Notes under the pieces: model-generated
Told to the model about the DNA's origin: nothing
What the model saw: the letters and a program-made list of their open reading frames with translations, nothing else
The model's database searches: none
NCBI GenBank assembly: GCA_046483305.1
Contig: JAWODM010000005.1
Span: forward strand, 1 to 39,640
Origin: Candidatus Krumholzibacteriales bacterium
Lineage (GTDB): Bacteria; Krumholzibacteriota; Krumholzibacteriia; Krumholzibacteriales; WJIX01
Length of the DNA stretch: 39,640 bases
Direction of reading: 5' to 3'
Part shown: piece after piece, positions 1-7,632 of the stretch
Numbering within the stretch: position 1 is the stretch's first letter
How the letters are laid out: every line of letters starts with the position of its first letter
Made by a program: the position numbers and the translations under genes

Positions 1-143
1 GGGTTTTGCTTAAGGTAACATTAAAAGTGATGAAGGAATATTACCATGAAGATTGTGTTGTTATTGAATCTTGGATGTATTCTATGGCAGAAAAAAGTAA
101 TTCCTCCTCAGAGAAGCTCATAGGGTTTTTTCCTTTGTTTCTG

Positions 144-278
144 CCATTCGGCATGGGCGGGGACAACTCCCCGGAGAACCTGCGGCTTCTGTGCGGAAGG
201 CATAACCGGCTGATGGCGGAGAGGGAGTATGGAAGAGATAAAATTAGAGAAATAGTATCCGGGACTACTGATACCTGA
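144..278 (+). pseudogene. C-terminal fragment of an HNH endonuclease
   Basis: Translation PFGMGGDNSPENLRLLCGRHNRLMAEREYG matches the second half of an HNH motif (GG.....NL..LC..HN). The upstream CxxC and first His are absent and are replaced by unrelated AT-rich sequence. Confidence 0.6.
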
Positions 279-394
279 TATTGGAATTGACCGCGCCCAA
301 AGATATTTTGAAAACAGCCGGTATCCTGTGATAGTATCTCCGGGAAGGGGGTATATATTCAAATCCTCTTAACGGATTTATCTTGGAGGGTTAA

Positions 395-2584
395 ATGAAA
401 TTCTTTATCTGCAGGATATCAATATTAATAGCAGCGGTTTTTATTATTTCAGCCGGCGTGCCCGCAGAGGGCAACTGTTTTGCCGGAGGTGAGAACAGAT
501 TGGATTCTCAGTATGAAGACAGCAGGGTCAGGGAGAGATGGGAGATAAGAGTTGATCATGGCGAGCGGAGGGAGTTCATATTCACCAACAAGGTGGCCAC
601 GCATTTCAGCGGGGAGTCGGCCGGGGCTCACAGCAGGAGCTATCACGGTCTGTTCTGTTCCATGCATGAATACCTCGACTCCTGGGAATTCATGGTGGCT
701 GGAAGGCCTGCCCGGTTCAGGGATATTTCCGGGGCGATGGTATATCCCCACATGATAATAAGGTCTTACCCTGATGTGGGGATAGAGGAGAAGATAGTGC
801 TTCCCGACGAAAGAAACGGGCTGATAGTCCGCTTCAGCGGCAATCACGGGGAGGAGTTCCGGCTCCGGCCCTGGGTCGATATGAGATATATCTGGAAGGT
901 GCCCCAGCCGCAATACCGCATCTTCTGGGAAAAGGATGGCAATACGCTGCTGATTTCCAGGGATGACAACTCCTTTCCCCGGGACATACCCCGCTGGATA
1001 GCGGTTACCTCCAATATCAGGATGGATTTCCTCTATGACGAACAGAGGCGCAGGGAGCGCTATCCCAAGGACGCCGCCCGCAACGCCATGGCAGAAACCT
1101 TTCCCTTTTCGCCCGGTGTCTTTATCGTTCCGGAGGGTCAGTGGGAAGATGGAGCGGTTGAGTTCGTCTTTGCCCTGGGAGAGAGCGAAGATGAGGCATC
1201 AAATGAAGCAAAACAGCTGCTGGGGAATTTCGACACCGTGCGGCAGAGGAAGCTGCAGCGGCTGGAAAGCCTGCTGGATGAAGTGGATAACCCTTACCGG
1301 GAAGGTAAATACCGCAAGGCTTTCCGCTGGGCCTTCGCCTCCATGGATAACCTGATCATGCGGCAGCGGGGGAGGGGGATCTACGCCGGGTTTCACTGGT
1401 TCCCCACCTTCTGGGGGAGGGATTCGTTCATCAGCCTCCCCGGGGCATGCCTTGCGGCCGGAAGATTCGATATCGCGGCCGAGATACTGGATTCTTTCAT
1501 GGAATATCAGAAGACCGACCGGGATGATCCCCACCTGGGGAGGGTGCCGAATATAGTAAATCCGGATAATCTTCAGTACGAGGGTGTCGACGGGACCTGG
1601 TGGCTGGCGCGTGCCGCCTGGAAGTATATTATCGACAGCGGTGACAGGGAATTCATGCTGGGCAGTTTCAGAAATATAAGGCTGGCTCTTGACGGAGCAT
1701 TGGAAAAAGCCGCTGATGAGCAGGGTTTTCTTGCCCATAAGGACTGGGAGACCTGGATGGACGCGGGTGGCTCCTCTCATCCCTATTCTCCAAGGGGCGA
1801 CCGGGCGGTGGAAGTTCAGGCCCTGTTTCATTACGGCCTTCTCGCCGGGGCATCCTGGGCCCGGACCCTGGCCGGCGGCTCTTTCACTGTCAAACAGCTG
1901 GAGTCCATTGACCTGTCCGCCGAAGAGCTTGTGGAAGCCGCCGATAGATGGCTCCGGCAGGCGGCGGTCCTGGGAGAGAGCTTCAGGTCGGAGTTCTGGG
2001 ATCCCGGCCAGGGTTACCTCTTCGACCACCTCAACCCGGACGGCTCTCCCGACCCGCAGATCAGGCCGAACGCCCTTCTGGCGATGATGGTCTCCCTGGA
2101 TGAGGAGAGCGATTTCACCGGGAAGCGCGAAGGGTTCGGATTCTCTCATCCGGGGGATTTTCAGCCCCTTCTTACCGCTGAAATGAAAAAGGGCATAGTG
2201 GATAAGGCCCTGGAGAGCGTAATTCTTGATCACGGCGTTACTTCTCTCTCTCCTGACGATCCCGGTTTTCATCCCTGCCATCTGAACCTGGATAAATACT
2301 TCTACGACGAGGCGTACCACAACGGCGACGTGTGGGAGTGGCTTACCGGGCCGGCGGTAACCTGCCTGATGGCGGAGGGAAGAGAGGCCGAGGCGAAGAA
2401 GCTTTTCCAGCCTCTGGTCGACGAGATACTCAGCCAGGCCTGCGTGGGGTCTCTCCGGGAGATTCAGGACGGCCGGTACACCCCCGGCAAGGATGAGTTC
2501 GGGGGCGCCACCAGCCAGGCCTGGTCGCTTGCCGAGTTTATCAGGGTGAGTATGCGGGAGTTGAACAGGCCAGAAAAAGATTAA
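395..2584 (+). CDS. Amylo-alpha-1,6-glucosidase / glycogen debranching enzyme family protein with N-terminal signal peptide
   Basis: Motifs AGFHWF..WGRD..ISLPG, TWMDA, PR....VEVQAL, AYHNGDVW.WL, QAWSLAE; hydrophobic N-terminus; GGAGG RBS upstream. Confidence 0.85.
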   Translation: MKFFICRISILIAAVFIISAGVPAEGNCFAGGENRLDSQYEDSRVRERWEIRVDHGERREFIFTNKVATHFSGESAGAHSRSYHGLFCSMHEYLDSWEFMVAGRPARFRDISGAMVYPHMIIRSYPDVGIEEKIVLPDERNGLIVRFSGNHGEEFRLRPWVDMRYIWKVPQPQYRIFWEKDGNTLLISRDDNSFPRDIPRWIAVTSNIRMDFLYDEQRRRERYPKDAARNAMAETFPFSPGVFIVPEGQWEDGAVEFVFALGESEDEASNEAKQLLGNFDTVRQRKLQRLESLLDEVDNPYREGKYRKAFRWAFASMDNLIMRQRGRGIYAGFHWFPTFWGRDSFISLPGACLAAGRFDIAAEILDSFMEYQKTDRDDPHLGRVPNIVNPDNLQYEGVDGTWWLARAAWKYIIDSGDREFMLGSFRNIRLALDGALEKAADEQGFLAHKDWETWMDAGGSSHPYSPRGDRAVEVQALFHYGLLAGASWARTLAGGSFTVKQLESIDLSAEELVEAADRWLRQAAVLGESFRSEFWDPGQGYLFDHLNPDGSPDPQIRPNALLAMMVSLDEESDFTGKREGFGFSHPGDFQPLLTAEMKKGIVDKALESVILDHGVTSLSPDDPGFHPCHLNLDKYFYDEAYHNGDVWEWLTGPAVTCLMAEGREAEAKKLFQPLVDEILSQACVGSLREIQDGRYTPGKDEFGGATSQAWSLAEFIRVSMRELNRPEKD

Positions 2585-2648
2585 CCGGATGATTACTTCT
2601 TTCAAATCCAGGTCCGGCCGGCCCGGTAGGGGAATCTAAGGAAAACCT

Positions 2649-3293
2649 GTGGCTATGATAGAATTAAAGAATATAGATATAAAATACGACGGAAAAGACA
2701 TCTTCAGGGGATTCGATTTCAGTGTCGGGAAGGGGGAAAAAGTGGCCCTGCTGGGAAAGTCCGGTATCGGCAAGTCGACACTTTTCAACCTGATTCTCGG
2801 TTTCGTGCGGCCCGCCGCCGGCGAGGTTATAGTGGACGGCGTCCCGGTCGATGAAGAGAGTATATGGGATATCCGTCGCAGGATCGCCTACGTGGACCAG
2901 GATGTCAGTATCGGGGACGGTACGGCCGCCGGTTTCCTGCATTCAGCGTTCCAATTCAAGGCTAATGCCGGCAGGGAGTTTCCGGAGGAGCAACTGGGCC
3001 GCCTGCTCGAGTATTTTGAAGCTGACGAAGCCCTTCTCCGAAAGAATATAGAGGAGCTCTCCGGCGGGGAGAGGCAGCGTCTGGCTATCATACTGGCAGT
3101 CCTGCTGGAGAGGGAACTGTTCCTTCTGGATGAGATAACCTCCGCCCTGGACAGGGACCTCAAGAAGAAAACGGCGGAGCTTTTTGCCGGAAACGAAGGC
3201 TGGACAGTAATGGTAATCTCGCATGACCCGGTCTGGGTAACTGACCCGCGGGTAAAAATCTATGACCTGGAGAAAGAGCAGTGGAAACAGTAG
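2649..3293 (+). CDS. fetA: ABC transporter ATP-binding protein, FetA/YbbL-like
   Basis: Walker A GKSGIGKST, signature LSGGERQR, Walker B LLDE, H-loop ISHD; overlaps a FetB-like permease. Confidence 0.8.
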   Translation: MAMIELKNIDIKYDGKDIFRGFDFSVGKGEKVALLGKSGIGKSTLFNLILGFVRPAAGEVIVDGVPVDEESIWDIRRRIAYVDQDVSIGDGTAAGFLHSAFQFKANAGREFPEEQLGRLLEYFEADEALLRKNIEELSGGERQRLAIILAVLLERELFLLDEITSALDRDLKKKTAELFAGNEGWTVMVISHDPVWVTDPRVKIYDLEKEQWKQ

Positions 3294-4066
3294 ACCTGTC
3301 GATAGTATCCCTGCTGATAGCGTTCGCCCTGTTCGTGGTGCCGGTTGCGATCAGCAGAATATACCGGGTGGGGCTGACCGGGCAGCTGCTCTATGCGGCA
3401 GCCAGGATGACGGTACAGCTTGTCCTGATAGGGGTCTTCCTCAAATACCTGTTCAGATGGGATAACACCCCGCTCAATATACTATGGCTGGCGGTAATGG
3501 TGCTGGTGGCGGTGGTAAGCGCGGTTCGGCAGTCCTCCATGAAACTGGGGAAAATGCTCTTTCCGGCGTTCCTGTCTTTCAGCCTGGCGACATTTTCCAT
3601 AATACTCTTTTTTAACATATTCGTAATCCGGCTGGACAATGTGTTCAACGCCAGGTACCTGATAGTCCTGGGAGGAATGCTGCTGGGCAATTCACTGAGG
3701 GGTAATATCATAGGGATTACCTCCTTCTATAAGAGCATACGGAAGGACCGGAAGAATTTCAGGTACCGGCTATCGCTGGGAGCGACCTTTCGTGAATCGA
3801 TAAGGCCGTACCTTCGAGACGCCATTCAGCTTGCCCTGAAACCGACCATCGCCGCCATGGCCACCATGGGGATAGTGGCGCTTCCCGGTATGATGACAGG
3901 TGTGATCCTGGGGGGAGCCAGCCCGGAGGTGGCGATTAAATACCAGATAATGATCATGATCGCGATCGTGGTAAGCACCATCCTCAGCGTACTGCTCACC
4001 ATACTGACGACCATGAGAAGCTCCTTCAGCCGTTACGGTACACTGGAAGACGATATTTTCGCCTGA
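3281..4066 (+). CDS. fetB: ABC transporter permease, FetB/YbbM (UPF0014) family
   Basis: Motifs R..VQL..IG..L, GM.LGN, MGIVALPGMMTG.ILGG.SP..A.KYQI; multiple TM segments. Confidence 0.88.
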   Translation: METVDLSIVSLLIAFALFVVPVAISRIYRVGLTGQLLYAAARMTVQLVLIGVFLKYLFRWDNTPLNILWLAVMVLVAVVSAVRQSSMKLGKMLFPAFLSFSLATFSIILFFNIFVIRLDNVFNARYLIVLGGMLLGNSLRGNIIGITSFYKSIRKDRKNFRYRLSLGATFRESIRPYLRDAIQLALKPTIAAMATMGIVALPGMMTGVILGGASPEVAIKYQIMIMIAIVVSTILSVLLTILTTMRSSFSRYGTLEDDIFA

Positions 4067-4184
4067 GCGGCGGGGCTGTGGAAATTGGTTACGGTATTTC
4101 CCCGGGAATATACCAGTAGTTTTGATAAATAACCGGATTATATAGATTAAGGTTTGAAGTCCGGTTTGCTGGACCAGGTTCACC

Positions 4185-4333
4185 GGCTGGCTGATATTTT
4201 CAAAGCCGCGGTCGATTACTCGCCGGCCGAGGAAATCGCCGCTCCCGCTCCCGGGCTCGCTCTTTCCGCCCCTGTGGGGCGGAAATCCGAGCCCGCTCGT
4301 CCTCCGAGAGGGTTTTGAAAAAATCAGCCAGCC
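4185..4333. mobile_element. MITE-like element (149 bp) with 20-bp terminal inverted repeats and an internal hairpin
   Basis: GGCTGGCTGATATTTTCAAA (4185-4204) versus TTTGAAAAAATCAGCCAGCC (4314-4333), 19/20 complementary; nested internal stem 4252-4295; no credible ORF inside. Confidence 0.6.
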
Positions 4334-4432
4334 TCGAAACGGGATAACCACTGAAAAATTGTGATTAACCTCCAATGAATAGTTGCTGTTGAACCTGCTC
4401 ATAATCAGATATAATATAGCCGGTGATAAATT

Positions 4433-5062
4433 ATGACTAAGACCGGCCCCTTCGATAAATACCCTTCCCGCTACGAGGAATGGTTCGACAGGAATAAATA
4501 TGTATATCAGTCTGAGCTCAATGCCGTCAGAGAGCTTCTTCCGAAGGAGGGCAGGGGCGTGGAGATAGGGGTGGGAACCGGCCGTTTCGCCGCCCCGCTG
4601 GGGATCGGCTGCGGGGTGGAGCCCTCGGCGGAGATGGCCGGGCTTGCCGGCAAGAAGGGAATAGAAGTTATCCGGGGGGCCGCCGAGAAGCTTCCTCTGG
4701 ATGACGGCAGTTTCGATTTTGCCCTGATGGTTACCACCGTTTGTTTTCTGGATGACGTGGAGGACGCTTTCAGCGAGGCGCACCGGATACTGAAACCCGG
4801 CGGGAGTTTCGTCGCCGGGTTCGTGGACAAACAGAGCCGGCTAGGGAAATTGTACCAGCTCAGGAAAGAGAGAAGCAGATTTTACGGAGAGGCGGTTTTC
4901 TATTCTGCCGCCGAGGTCATCTCGTATCTGATGCGGGCCGGGTTCAGGGATTTTGAGTCTGTGCAGACCCTATTCAGCGACCTGTCTGAGGTAGATAGCA
5001 TAGAACCGGTCAGGGAAGGATTCGGCGAAGGATCCTTCGTTGTACTAAGAGGATTAAAATGA
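4433..5062 (+). CDS. Class I SAM-dependent methyltransferase
   Basis: EIGVGTGRF SAM-binding motif, AEKLP..D.SFD, EAHRILKPGG. Confidence 0.9.
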   Translation: MTKTGPFDKYPSRYEEWFDRNKYVYQSELNAVRELLPKEGRGVEIGVGTGRFAAPLGIGCGVEPSAEMAGLAGKKGIEVIRGAAEKLPLDDGSFDFALMVTTVCFLDDVEDAFSEAHRILKPGGSFVAGFVDKQSRLGKLYQLRKERSRFYGEAVFYSAAEVISYLMRAGFRDFESVQTLFSDLSEVDSIEPVREGFGEGSFVVLRGLK

Positions 5063-5080
5063 AAGAAGGAAAGGCTGATA

Positions 5081-5572
5081 ATGAGTAATGAAATATCCTT
5101 CAAACAGATTGGAGTTATTCATTCTCCCTTCACCGAGCCGGCGGGAACCCCCATCCAGCCCCCCGGCGCGGACGGCGCGAAGGGAAGTGTGGAATTATTC
5201 CCCGAATACGCGGAAGGCCTGGAGGACCTGGAAGGATTCTCGCATATATTCCTGATCTATTATTTTCATAAATCCGGTGGAGGCCGCCCCCTGCGCTTTA
5301 TACCGTTTCTGGATGACAATTATCACGGAGTATTCGCCATGCGCGGCCCTTCCAGGCCGAACAGAATAGGGCTTTCGGTGGTGGCTCTGGGCAGTATCGA
5401 AGATAATGTGCTTCATGTCAGGGACGTGGATATTCTGGACGGAACGCCACTTCTTGATATCAAGCCCTACGTTCCCCAGTTCGACGCCAGGAAAAATGTG
5501 AAGATAGGGTGGCTGAAAACAAAAGTCGAAAAACTCGAGGGGGCCAGTGACGACGGGAGGTTCGCGGAGTAG
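5081..5572 (+). CDS. trmO: tRNA (N6-threonylcarbamoyladenosine37-N6)-methyltransferase TrmO/TsaA
   Basis: IG.IHSPF, GL.DLEGFSHI.LIY.FH, GVFA.R.P.RPN.IGLS, D.LDGTPLLDIKPY. Confidence 0.92.
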   Translation: MSNEISFKQIGVIHSPFTEPAGTPIQPPGADGAKGSVELFPEYAEGLEDLEGFSHIFLIYYFHKSGGGRPLRFIPFLDDNYHGVFAMRGPSRPNRIGLSVVALGSIEDNVLHVRDVDILDGTPLLDIKPYVPQFDARKNVKIGWLKTKVEKLEGASDDGRFAE

Positions 5573-5709
5573 GTGGTATCGGTTGCATTATGGCAGGATG
5601 GAATAAATAACATAATCTCATAAATCAATTATAATTCTTTATGATAGCTCATTACCTTAAATATTAATTTTTTTAAGGCTTTTAAGATAATTGATTTTAA
5701 GATATTATT

Positions 5710-5919
5710 TTTATTTGTCCGCACGCGCGGGAGGAACTCTGATATAAATAAATCCAAATACTGTTTCAGTTGTCAATTCCCGCGCGTGCGGATGAAACTC
5801 TACCAGTCAAATTCCATTGCTGTTCCAGTGGCCCTGTCCCCGCGTTTGCGGGGGAAACTCTACTGTAATCATATCCTACTACTGTTTCAGTGGTCTATCC
5901 CCGCGCTTGCGGGGGAAAA
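5710..5919 (-). CRISPR. Degenerate type I-E CRISPR mini-array: 4 repeats, 3 spacers
   Basis: 28-nt repeats at 5892-5919, 5831-5858, 5771-5798 and 5710-5737 (period 60-61). Minus-strand consensus is about GTTTCCCCCGCAAGCGCGGGGATAGACC with a CCCCGC/GCGGGG stem. Degeneracy increases away from the cas genes. Confidence 0.88.
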
Positions 5920-6080
5920 TTCAGCAAATTTGCTGTCTCACAAAGTCTTTCTCAAATGCCTCTGCTCACGGCGGGCGAGGTATACGCCCCTGGAGTAATC
6001 TCCAGCATGCAGGATGCTTTAAAATGGTATCGCATGTTTGCCCGAATTAAATTCGATAAGTTCCATTTCCTGCGTATAAT
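5920..6080 (-). pseudogene. cas2: Decayed, truncated type I-E cas2 remnant
   Basis: Translation RYHFKASCMLEITPGAYTSPAVSRGI*ERLCE resembles the Cas2e N-terminal segment as recalled (RYRGFLASCMLEIAPGVYTSP.M..GVRER.W). In-frame TGA at 5954-5952; AAGGAGG at 6089-6083 precedes an ATT/ATA instead of ATG; the 3' half is missing. Confidence 0.7.
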
Positions 6081-6119
6081 TTCCTCCTTGAAAGTTAGAG
6101 TTTTACCGGCCCATCCAAA

Positions 6120-6164
6120 TGGGAAATACCGGGTTTTAAATCCTGATCTCTCTTTAAAAATCAT
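6120..6164 (-). pseudogene. Possible N-terminal scrap of cas1
   Basis: MIFKERSGFKTRYFP begins immediately after the cas6e stop, where cas1 normally starts, and resembles the recalled N-terminus MLKGRLGLETARIP of Cas1 in related I-E loci. Confidence 0.4.
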
Positions 6165-6890
6165 TTATCTGCTCAAGAGTATCATGCCGAAACCAAAAGC
6201 ATTATGCCTTCCGAATCCTTTTCGTAAACGTTCACTTAAAATTCTGCCGTTATGTATTTTTATTTTTCCCCTGAAAATCACATCCGGCCTTGTCATGGTC
6301 TTCACGTTCTTCTCTGTGCTTTTTCTTAAAAATCTCGTTAGTTTCATCTTTGTTAATTCAGGATTTGAAATGATCTCTATATCATATCGATTAAACATAT
6401 CCTCGAGCCATTTTTTATACACTGCTTCCCTCGAGATATTCCCGTAATCCTTATTTTCAGTAACTTCTGAGAGAAACACATCCACTTCCGCCCCCGGCTT
6501 GAAATTATCTGAACCGCGCCCCTTACGGACGACAGGGCAGGCACGCAATTGAAAATCATATACAGAACCATCCAAATACTCCGATGGCATGGGCTTTGAA
6601 GAAAATCTGTTCCAGTCTATAGCATCAAATATTTTCCGGGATCTGTTTCTTTCCGCTATATCTTTCAGTTCTTCGGCCGGTTTGTCTGAATACCCGAGGA
6701 GTTCAATATTAGAATTTGTGTCATTGACAATAGCAAACGGATGAGGACTGTAATTCAGAAATAATTCTCTCAGAAGGCAGTGTAATAAATAACCGGAATC
6801 AACTTCCTTCTTATAAAGATGCGGGCGTTGGGCAATCTGAAATAATTCCGTTGCCCCGATGAATGTTTTTACCATATGCAAATTATACAT
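6165..6890 (-). CDS. cas6e: Type I-E CRISPR endoribonuclease Cas6e (Cse3/CasE)
   Basis: D.GYLLH, F.LRACPV.R, C-terminal Gly-rich loop GFGRHNAFGFGMI; start chosen at the ATG after GGAG (ORF track start is 6905). Confidence 0.9.
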   Translation of the reverse strand: MYNLHMVKTFIGATELFQIAQRPHLYKKEVDSGYLLHCLLRELFLNYSPHPFAIVNDTNSNIELLGYSDKPAEELKDIAERNRSRKIFDAIDWNRFSSKPMPSEYLDGSVYDFQLRACPVVRKGRGSDNFKPGAEVDVFLSEVTENKDYGNISREAVYKKWLEDMFNRYDIEIISNPELTKMKLTRFLRKSTEKNVKTMTRPDVIFRGKIKIHNGRILSERLRKGFGRHNAFGFGMILLSR

Positions 6891-7632
6891 TGCTGCTTTC
6901 TCCATCCAGCCTGATATTACCCTGCCTGACTAAGCGCTCTCCGCAGTGTATCTGGTTTTGCCATTCCCTTTTATCCATTATCGACAGCACCGGGGATGTT
7001 TTCTTCTTTTTCTCGTCCGGCCACTGAGCAAATACATTCTTTTTATGAACATACTCCTGCATTCTCTCTCTGTTAAATAACGGATAGTATTTCAATGCTT
7101 CGAGAAGATCATATCCATCAATAACATCGGCCAGAATGCTGGAAGATGGAATACAGCATTTTCTTCCAATAAATAATGGACGTTCGGGGTTAAGAAGAGC
7201 TTTTATCAGGTTGTCTATTGTGGGCTTCTGGTTTTCGGGTGAAAGTGTAACAAAAACAGTAATAACTGAATCTGCTAAATAATCACGATAACGTGTATGA
7301 GTACCTCTTGACGCCGATCTGCCCTTTCTGTTATCGCGTTTATTGTATGTCGTCCAGCCCATTATATTCATATTCATGTAATCCTGATTTAAATCGGCGG
7401 TCTGGTAATCCCTTATTTTTTTCCCTGGAATTTCCTGCCGGGCTGCAAAAATTATTCTGCTCTGTAATTTGTTCAGCCTGTCGTAATCTGAATGATCGTA
7501 ACCAAGAGTATTGGCCAGCAAACCGGTAAGCATCGAGAGAGCCGGAAATTGCTGGATTTCGCCATAATTGTCAATGATGGGTGCACCAAGAGAAATCAGC
7601 GGAGCATCAAATCTGAGGACCAGGATTCTCAC
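6883..7632 (-). CDS. cas5e: Type I-E Cas5 (CasD)
   Basis: LVLRFDAPL.S.G, FP..S.LTGLLAN.LG, DYQT, R.YLAD, P.RPLFIGRK.C.P; GTG start overlaps the cas7 stop (GTGA). Confidence 0.93.
   Translation of the reverse strand: MRILVLRFDAPLISLGAPIIDNYGEIQQFPALSMLTGLLANTLGYDHSDYDRLNKLQSRIIFAARQEIPGKKIRDYQTADLNQDYMNMNIMGWTTYNKRDNRKGRSASRGTHTRYRDYLADSVITVFVTLSPENQKPTIDNLIKALLNPERPLFIGRKCCIPSSSILADVIDGYDLLEALKYYPLFNRERMQEYVHKKNVFAQWPDEKKKKTSPVLSIMDKREWQNQIHCGERLVRQGNIRLDGESSNV

Noticed and set aside
6..278. HNH ORF as the missing nuclease for the Cascade
   Set aside because: It is only a half motif, lies more than 5 kb away and is outside the trmO-bounded island.
1199..2605. Long antisense ORFs (also 3770-4783, 5890-6447, 16939-17955, 26777-27613, 31168-31884, 31996-32832)
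   Set aside because: They are shadows of well-supported genes on the opposite strand and have no recognisable motifs.
6019..6089. CreT-like toxin RNA or mini-ORF (AAGGAGG followed by MELIEFNSGKHAIPF)
   Set aside because: The ATG is 16 nt from the SD, and the SD is better explained as the relic cas2 RBS.
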